Part shown: positions 57,628-64,000 of the stretch, piece by piece | Layout: the number at the start of each line of letters is the position of its first letter | Position numbering within the stretch: the stretch's first letter is position 1 | IMG/VR virus record: IMGVR_UViG_3300009126_000404 | Location: 64,001-128,000 of that record | Source: a virus | Length of the DNA stretch: 64,000 nt | Reading direction: 5' to 3' (one strand) | The notes under the pieces: generated by a model | Seen by the model: the letters and a program-made list of their open reading frames with translations, nothing else | Database searches by the model: none | What the model was told of the DNA's origin: nothing | Position numbers and translations under genes: made by a program

Positions 57628-58438
57628 GACTGTTCATACCGCCGCGTCTTCTAATTTCTTCTAATTCGTTGTACGTATCTGTTATTGCTTTTATGAATGC
57701 TTGTATTACACCAGTTTTATTAAGTTGATAATCTATATTATCCCAATCTTTTTTCGTTGCCATATCTTTAAGTGCATTAAATTTACGAACAAGATCATCT
57801 TCTATTTGATTAAGCATAAGTCTTCCATATCCTTGGATTAATACTTCTGGATTCATTGGGTCTTCTTTATTTTTTGCCCAAATGCTTTCGTTTTGTTCTT
57901 CTTTATATTGGCCGAAATCAACTGAGCCTTTAAAATCTTTATCTTTAGCCATCTTTTTACGGAAGTCTGTTACAAAATTATTAATAGTATCAGCATCTAA
58001 ATAACGAACTAAATCTTGAAATATAGGATTTTGTGCTAATTTAATTTCACCTGCACCTAATGAACCAACTAAATCATAAATTGGCTTGGCTTCACCATGT
58101 GTTGCTTCTTTAACCCAATTATCACCACTTGCATCATGTGAATCATATTTACAATCACAACCTGTATCTGGATTATCAATTTGACAACCACAATATTTAC
58201 ATTTACCTACTGCTTCAATGAAATATGGAACCATGTCTTTTGCTTCAGCATTCATAGTTCTTCTAAAACTTTTTTCATTATCCGTAAAACGTTTTCCTGA
58301 TTCTGGAGTTCTACGATGCTCATCTTCACAATCTGCTTTCCATTTTGAATATTTTGCATATTCGTCCGCAGTCATATGACTAATATCATCTTTTGTTGCT
58401 ACGTCACATGGACCTTCGTTTAATTGTGATAATCTCAT
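57608..58438 (-). CDS. Putative virion internal protein
   Basis: MRLSQLNEG N-terminus; CKYCGC motif. Confidence 0.6.
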   Translation of the reverse strand: MRLSQLNEGPCDVATKDDISHMTADEYAKYSKWKADCEDEHRRTPESGKRFTDNEKSFRRTMNAEAKDMVPYFIEAVGKCKYCGCQIDNPDTGCDCKYDSHDASGDNWVKEATHGEAKPIYDLVGSLGAGEIKLAQNPIFQDLVRYLDADTINNFVTDFRKKMAKDKDFKGSVDFGQYKEEQNESIWAKNKEDPMNPEVLIQGYGRLMLNQIEDDLVRKFNALKDMATKKDWDNIDYQLNKTGVIQAFIKAITDTYNELEEIRRRGGMNSRGIKQR

Positions 58439-58629
58439 TTTAATTTCACCTCTTCAGTATAACCTACACTAGATTTTTTACGTTTGCCGCTAGTTAAATA
58501 CCCTTTAGGGTCTACTGCTCTACGTATCATCTTCTTTTTACCAAATAAAGGAAAAGTTACACTAGCAATATTACCTGCCGCTGTAGTTCCTGCATCTGCA
58601 TTTTCAGTTATAATGTCTGTAATCTTCAT
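58435..58629 (-). CDS. Small putative virion protein
   Basis: MKITDIITENAD start lies directly after GATAAATA (58635-58642). Confidence 0.65.
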   Translation of the reverse strand: MKITDIITENADAGTTAAGNIASVTFPLFGKKKMIRRAVDPKGYLTSGKRKKSSVGYTEEVKLK

Positions 58630-58660
58630 ACAAGTATTTATCAAATTCAAGAATTATTGG

Positions 58661-59422
58661 CTAGTAATTAAGGGTGACACTTAATAACTTCATAACATTT
58701 TCCCATGTTTTGGGTATATTCATAACTAAATGCATACTATCATTCTTCCAACTATGGGTTCTATGCGTCTTACGAGTATCTATATAGTATACTCCACCTG
58801 CTTTAACAGGCCAAGTATGTCCGTCTGACACCCATTCATATGCATCATGCCCAACATTTTTCGATACAAATGCACATACTCTAAACGTATCTCTTGTTAA
58901 TATTGGTTGATCTTTATGTGGTGGGAACCATCCGCCAGCACCACTATTAACAATCATTGTACGTCCTAGTGGTTTCCAATAGTCTAACAAAGGATGTAAA
59001 CTTTTACAATCTTTATATAATTGTGTAGGTTCATTAAAATCACATTCACTAAGTTGACGTCCTGTACGTCTCATTGCTTCTGGCATACTTAAACTGTCCC
59101 AAGGTTCATCACCTGGTAGTCCTACTAAACATAGTCCAGTTCTATTGTTTACTACACCTTCTCTACGTAAATATGGGACCCACTTATCGTCATATGCTTT
59201 AATTTCTTTGTTAAACCACCCTAAATCAATTTCCCATTTTAATGGTTCTACTGTACTCATTGCAGATAATTGTAATTCACATTTAATATCTTCTGCAGTT
59301 GGTTCATAAAATTCTGGATGATCTACCCACCATTCATAATGTCCTGCTTGTACTTTTTGATTTGCAGGAGGTGAAATTGATTCTAATTTTTTGCCATCTT
59401 TATCTACTTTTGAAAAATCCAT
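58661..59422 (-). CDS. Aspartyl/asparaginyl beta-hydroxylase-like 2OG-Fe(II) oxygenase
   Basis: GGWFPPHKD...DTRKTHRTHS. Confidence 0.65.
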   Translation of the reverse strand: MDFSKVDKDGKKLESISPPANQKVQAGHYEWWVDHPEFYEPTAEDIKCELQLSAMSTVEPLKWEIDLGWFNKEIKAYDDKWVPYLRREGVVNNRTGLCLVGLPGDEPWDSLSMPEAMRRTGRQLSECDFNEPTQLYKDCKSLHPLLDYWKPLGRTMIVNSGAGGWFPPHKDQPILTRDTFRVCAFVSKNVGHDAYEWVSDGHTWPVKAGGVYYIDTRKTHRTHSWKNDSMHLVMNIPKTWENVMKLLSVTLNY

Positions 59423-59425
59423 ATT

Positions 59426-59818
59426 CTATTCCTTATCTGAGCTAATAAAACTTACTCTTAAATTTGCATTATTAGCTACTTTTAAACTTGCATTATTAGC
59501 AGGATTAATAACACACCAAAGTTGTTTATCTGCAAGTTCTTCCTTACATAATAACACTGCTTGTGTTGCTATTCCTAGATTTCTATACTTTTCATTTACA
59601 AAGTATGCTGTTTCGAAATCTTCTTTTACTTCAACAGCACCTACAAGAATTCCGTTATTAATCCATATACCCCATGTATTATAATTGGAAATGAAAGATT
59701 CTGCAACCTTTTTTGTGAATGGCCACTCTAAATAACTTAATAATGCGGTTTCTTTTGTTAGTATACTTCTTAACTGAAAAATATGTTTTAGCTCGAGTCG
59801 CCTCAACTCTATCTTCAT
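59426..59818 (-). CDS. GNAT (RimJ/RimL-like) acetyltransferase
   Basis: YRNLGIATQAV (AcCoA loop); NPANNASLKV. Confidence 0.85.
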   Translation of the reverse strand: MKIELRRLELKHIFQLRSILTKETALLSYLEWPFTKKVAESFISNYNTWGIWINNGILVGAVEVKEDFETAYFVNEKYRNLGIATQAVLLCKEELADKQLWCVINPANNASLKVANNANLRVSFISSDKE

Positions 59819-59819
59819 T

Positions 59820-60011
59820 TTACTTATCCATCAATTTAACTATTCGAGGTTTGAATAGTTTTTGAGGCCCTTTAGTAGTTTTTAATACTGGTTGGTTATG
59901 ATCATCAATAGTAAATCCTGTTACTACTGCTTTACGATTTTTAAATCTACCTACTAAAACTTCATCGCCGATTTGGATGTTAGGTAGCTGTAATATGTCT
60001 TTTATTTTCAT
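59820..60011 (-). CDS. Small SH3/KOW-like protein
   Basis: IQIGDEVLVGRFKNRKAVVTG; late-type AATAAATA at 60020-60027. Confidence 0.55.
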   Translation of the reverse strand: MKIKDILQLPNIQIGDEVLVGRFKNRKAVVTGFTIDDHNQPVLKTTKGPQKLFKPRIVKLMDK

Positions 60012-60018
60012 TGGAAAT

Positions 60019-60162
60019 TTATTTATTTTCGTTAGTTACTTTAGCTAGTAATTTTTTTAATTCAAGTAATTCTTTTCGTAACTCTTTTATTTCTGCTTGA
60101 GCTTTTTTTAATTCTTCTAAGCCTCGATACCCATACTCTGTATATTCTGCTCGATCATTCAT
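60019..60162 (-). CDS. Small coiled-coil protein (47 aa, not in ORF track)
   Basis: MNDRAEYTEYGYRGLEELKKAQAEIKEL... Confidence 0.4.
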   Translation of the reverse strand: MNDRAEYTEYGYRGLEELKKAQAEIKELRKELLELKKLLAKVTNENK

Positions 60163-60464
60163 TACAAGCCTTTCACAGCACTTTTAATATTAATAATTTG
60201 AAAATCAGGGGATAGTTCTCCTGACTTGTTACCTTCATTTATTTCATATAATAACTTATCATTATTAATATGATCTAATACAAAATCATGTAAATGGAAT
60301 TCATATTCTCCATGTCGCCATTTTACTTCTGCGGCGCCGGCCTCTCGTGCTTTTTTAATATCCGCATAAACTCCAGCCACATATCTGTGTGGATCTAAAC
60401 ATTGAGTTGGTCCTGCGTGATGGGCAGGATCTTTTTTTTCCATTTGTACGATATATACTATCAC
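60162..60464 (-). CDS. Hypothetical protein
   Basis: 100-aa ORF (GTG start). Confidence 0.55.
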   Translation of the reverse strand: MIVYIVQMEKKDPAHHAGPTQCLDPHRYVAGVYADIKKAREAGAAEVKWRHGEYEFHLHDFVLDHINNDKLLYEINEGNKSGELSPDFQIINIKSAVKGL

Positions 60465-62482
60465 CTAAATACCCTTATGTAATCTTTTATGATTTGTTCT
60501 CTATCTTTAATATTTTCAGTAAGTTTATTCTTTTTAATAACATTTATTAATCTTTTCTCAATTGCATCAAGATTTTTTTCATGTACCTTATCTTGTTCGT
60601 CTCTTTTCTTATCACCTGCATATTGCTGATTTAAAGTCTTCTCTGTTTGTGCCATTAATGCCGACATTAAATTATCTGCATGTGGATACTTTGCTTGAAG
60701 AGCCTTTAATTGATATTGAGTTCTTGCATCAAATCCTTTTAAATCTTCTTTGCCATCTCCATCTACATCTGCTTCCATGATTTCTGGGTTAGTATCAAAC
60801 CCTTTATGTGTAAAACCAGTATAATTAGAAAGAAAATTACTTATAAATTCTTCTGTGTCTTCATATGAACCTAAATGCTTACCTGGTACATTAACTATAA
60901 CAGATTTAGGTAAGTCAAGTCCTTCAGGACCTTCACCTGTTGCAGAGTCTGTATCCCATTTAATATTTCTAACCTTAAATACCTTATCTTCGGATAATAA
61001 AGTATATAATAAATGTGGTTTTGATTCTTTAACAATTTTATAATGTCTGTCAATGAAATGTGATACTCTAGATGGATGTACTTTTACAATTTTCCCATCC
61101 TTCTGAAGTGTAACAAAATCTTCCTTAGATTCTTTATAATTAGCCATGCCATATGTTGTATTAGTAGTAGCATTTCCTTGATCATCAAATGATGAAGATG
61201 TGTGTTTACTTCCTATCTTACTCAATTTTTTCAAACCTTTCTTAATTCCTCTGCCCACAGTTCTCTTCAATGATTTATGTTTAACATATGCACTAATAAT
61301 CTTATCATCCATATCGTGTAACTTCTTCCACCATGGATTATCAAGATGAGGTATTGCTATAGGATTTCTTTTATCTGCTTCTATATCACCTTCGCCAACA
61401 ATTGCTCTACCAATAGCCTGCCCAGCTAATCTTCCTTTTTGTTTATGTTTAATGTATGCATCAATAATTTCATCACCCATAAAATGTAAATCCTTCCACT
61501 CTTGAGTGTCAAGATATGGTATAGCATGAGGATTTTTCTTATCTTTTTCCATGTTACCTTCTACTAATCCTAAATTAAACAATTTGTGCGGGTTACTATT
61601 CTTACGTGCTTTAGGCATTAAGGGTTTTATTTTACCATTGCCAAACTTAGCCGCTTCTTTTTCTGTTTGTCCTGGCTTAACATCAACTGTAGTATTAACG
61701 CCTGGAACTATAACACCATCTTCATTAATACCAACTTTTTTCAAATCACTTCTAGTAATATTTCCACCATTTTCGTGGTTTATCTTTTGAAGTTTATGAA
61801 ATTGTTCTCTTGTAGGTTTAATTCCCATTCCTTTTAAATCTGAAATAGTAAATTCTTTTAAGTTTTCTAAAACTGGATCACCATTAACTTTATTAGTTAA
61901 ATCTACATTTTCATCAATTCCTGACTTATTAGCAGTAATAACCCAATCATCATAATAGCCTTCACCATGTTCATCTACAAATGCTTGTAAGATGTCATCA
62001 TAAAGGATTAGGTCAATACTTGCAAAATCTAATGCTACTCTAGTGTCTGCTTGAGATATATCATAATTCATATCATCTTCTTTAACTTCTTGTACTTTTA
62101 ATGCTTTGTTTATATGGTCATGAATAATGTCTTGAACTTGAAATTCAGTTTGATTATCTGTATCCATATCATTAGGAATAAGTCCTTGAGCCACCATTTC
62201 ATCAACACAACGAATAGCAATATCACGTGTGTCATCGTTTGTGATTTTACCTTCGCCTAATTCTTTTTTAAATGCGTCTAAGGCTTTTTTCTTTTTATTT
62301 TTGTTCTTTGCTATATGATGAGCGGCTTGATTTGCTAACCCATCACCTGGTATTAAGTCAGGTGAAACAGTTTTAACTTCTGGCTTAGAAGTTATTTTAG
62401 TAGTTGCTTTTGGTTTCTTTTGAAACCAAGTAAGTGGGTTATACCACTCTTCATCAATTTTTGATATGTCGTCTATTCTCAT
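60461..62482 (-). CDS. Large modular protein, putative prohead-processed internal protein
   Basis: Likely start MRIDDISKIDEE; at least ten [ILV]-x-E sites; internal tandem repeat. Confidence 0.7.
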   Translation of the reverse strand: MRIDDISKIDEEWYNPLTWFQKKPKATTKITSKPEVKTVSPDLIPGDGLANQAAHHIAKNKNKKKKALDAFKKELGEGKITNDDTRDIAIRCVDEMVAQGLIPNDMDTDNQTEFQVQDIIHDHINKALKVQEVKEDDMNYDISQADTRVALDFASIDLILYDDILQAFVDEHGEGYYDDWVITANKSGIDENVDLTNKVNGDPVLENLKEFTISDLKGMGIKPTREQFHKLQKINHENGGNITRSDLKKVGINEDGVIVPGVNTTVDVKPGQTEKEAAKFGNGKIKPLMPKARKNSNPHKLFNLGLVEGNMEKDKKNPHAIPYLDTQEWKDLHFMGDEIIDAYIKHKQKGRLAGQAIGRAIVGEGDIEADKRNPIAIPHLDNPWWKKLHDMDDKIISAYVKHKSLKRTVGRGIKKGLKKLSKIGSKHTSSSFDDQGNATTNTTYGMANYKESKEDFVTLQKDGKIVKVHPSRVSHFIDRHYKIVKESKPHLLYTLLSEDKVFKVRNIKWDTDSATGEGPEGLDLPKSVIVNVPGKHLGSYEDTEEFISNFLSNYTGFTHKGFDTNPEIMEADVDGDGKEDLKGFDARTQYQLKALQAKYPHADNLMSALMAQTEKTLNQQYAGDKKRDEQDKVHEKNLDAIEKRLINVIKKNKLTENIKDREQIIKDYIRVFR

Positions 62483-62483
62483 A

Positions 62484-62924
62484 TTATAACTCCAATGCCG
62501 TTTTAACTGCTGGTGAGGCGATATCCATCGCATATAATCCTGCTAATGCACCACCAAGTATCGTATCTAGACTTAATCCTGCTATTGCTATTGATGGCAA
62601 CATAGGAGATATTAGCATTAACAAAACAACCCCCAATCCTATCATTCTTGGATGGGCACGAAAGAATCCAAAGAATTTTTTTAATGTTGATTTTTCAACT
62701 TTTTCATTGCCGAGCTTCGTTTCTAAGTTTGCCATGTACTCTTGCATCTCTTTAGTCTTTGCCTTGTCAGGCTCTGGCTGTCCTTTAAACTTATGTACGG
62801 CTTTTTGTAAAATTGTTTTACTAAGTGTTTCGGCATCCATACTACCATCTTCAAGCAATGGTGCTTGTTTCTTAGCCCATTGTTCTAGTTCTAATAGTGT
62901 GTTTGTTACTTCATTAATCTTCAT
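62484..62924 (-). CDS. Putative virion protein with hydrophobic C-terminus
   Basis: MKINEVTNTLLE start, GATAAATA at 62944-62951; two C-terminal hydrophobic helices. Confidence 0.6.
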   Translation of the reverse strand: MKINEVTNTLLELEQWAKKQAPLLEDGSMDAETLSKTILQKAVHKFKGQPEPDKAKTKEMQEYMANLETKLGNEKVEKSTLKKFFGFFRAHPRMIGLGVVLLMLISPMLPSIAIAGLSLDTILGGALAGLYAMDIASPAVKTALEL

Positions 62925-62938
62925 TACAGTTCCTTGTT

Positions 62939-64000
62939 TTAACTATTTATCGATTTATGCAATTCAATGAACGTTTCTTTCCAATTTGTTCCTCTTATTT
63001 CATCAAGTTTTTCTAAAAAATCTGTACAATTATAAGAATTACCGTCATAATCTATATTATTGTGTAAATAATTTACTAATTGACGTATACAAAGTTTATC
63101 TATGTGTATTGAGTTAGTATACATATTTATAATATCTAATTTAGCTTGTTTAGGAAGGTGTTTTGCATCTAGCATATCAGGGTTTGATAGTATTCTTATA
63201 TTAACGTGGTAATTATTAAAGTGATCTAATAAGTTTAATATTGTAAATGCATTAAGCATTTGCCAAGTAATACTTATTTCTATCTCTGTATTTGGTAATA
63301 ATTTATTAATACGCTCTATATTTTCATTTAACTTATGCCATTTACTAGGAAAACGTATATAATCATTTTGCTCACCGTAATCATCTATACTACATCTAAG
63401 CATTAACTTTTTAAAGTGTTTCCATTGATCAATTGCACGTTGATGTACATTTGTAATATTTGTGTCGTACTCTAGCACTACATTGTTACTTACACCACTG
63501 TCTATTAGATTTTGCAAAAATTTGTAGTGTGGCTCAACTAACATAGGCTCACCGCCTACTAGATATACATGTTCTAATTGATCTTTATGTTTATCTAACT
63601 GTTCCCAAAAGTGTTCACTTTCCCACCAATCATAATCCGATGCACGGTCTTTCTTTTGTTGTTTGTTTCCGTCCGAGATGTTTATTTTGGTACCGCTGTC
63701 GTAAAAATGATCAGTGGAGTGAACTTTTGCCCAGTCTTTATACCACATACTACTACTTTGAGGTCCGCACATTACACATTTTAAATTGCATAAATTACCA
63801 AACCTTAAATCCCAATAGATAGGCATTTGTGTTGTGCTACCATTAAGTGCTGTTACTTTTACTGCTTTATCGTAATCAAATACATCTTTGTACATTTCGT
63901 TTGTAAATGTACGTCTGCTTTTACCACCGTTATCTTCTTTAACCCAACATGTATTACATTCTACAGGTTTTTCTCCTGCTAAGAATTGCTTACGAATCTT
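62939..64000 (-). CDS. Twitch-domain radical SAM protein (5' end outside the window)
   Basis: Frame is open to the window edge (KIRKQFLAGEKPVECNTCW); CNLKCVMC; VGGEP. Confidence 0.9.
   Translation of the reverse strand, partial: KIRKQFLAGEKPVECNTCWVKEDNGGKSRRTFTNEMYKDVFDYDKAVKVTALNGSTTQMPIYWDLRFGNLCNLKCVMCGPQSSSMWYKDWAKVHSTDHFYDSGTKINISDGNKQQKKDRASDYDWWESEHFWEQLDKHKDQLEHVYLVGGEPMLVEPHYKFLQNLIDSGVSNNVVLEYDTNITNVHQRAIDQWKHFKKLMLRCSIDDYGEQNDYIRFPSKWHKLNENIERINKLLPNTEIEISITWQMLNAFTILNLLDHFNNYHVNIRILSNPDMLDAKHLPKQAKLDIINMYTNSIHIDKLCIRQLVNYLHNNIDYDGNSYNCTDFLEKLDEIRGTNWKETFIELHKSINS

Noticed and set aside
1528-63822. Many 60-160-aa ORFs in the track antisense to or nested in long genes (e.g. 5533..6006, 20276..20698, 42936..43355, 62434..62970)
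   Set aside because: They overlap well-supported motif-bearing genes, lack RBS and motifs, and have shadow-ORF composition
1-64000. Alternative genetic code (stop-codon reassignment) as in some large phages
   Set aside because: Standard-code ORFs are long, contiguous and tile the window with overlapping start/stop junctions

Overview
AT-rich, gene-dense segment that looks like part of a large T4-like (Caudoviricetes, probably jumbo) phage genome rather than a cellular chromosome. Evidence: a family-B DNA polymerase, a gp44/RFC-type clamp loader, GroES, MazG, a DsbA-like DNA-binding protein, repeated T4-late-like NATAAATA promoters and consensus sigma70 promoters in front of small early-type genes. 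1-22.3 kb: a tightly coupled operon of 12 radical-SAM genes (nine with the Cys-rich twitch/SPASM module placed N-terminally), one free SPASM fragment, an amidinotransferase, a PLP enzyme, an ABM monooxygenase, a 2OG-Fe(II) hydroxylase, an SDR and an SGNH-like protein, plus a divergent KdoO-like dioxygenase. 22-37 kb (minus strand): ExbB/TolQ-like cassette, clamp loader, purine salvage (gpt-like PRTase, prs, apt, MazG), ClpP, GroES, a DnaE fragment, an Fe/Fe-S module (IscA, NfuA, FTR1, ferredoxin) and PepA. 37-42 kb: a monocistronic 88-aa acidic protein next to a minimal adenylating enzyme, GNAT-like and SGNH-like genes. 42-47 kb: small early-type genes under palindrome-containing sigma70 promoters, two peptidoglycan hydrolases and a possible structured RNA. 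47-52 kb: polB and a DNA methyltransferase. 53-63 kb: an array of acidic proteins with capsid-targeting-like N-termini and many [ILV]-x-E sites, ending in a 13th radical SAM gene cut by the window edge. No tRNA, rRNA, CRISPR array or transposase was seen. All product calls come from motif recognition by eye; no database search was run.
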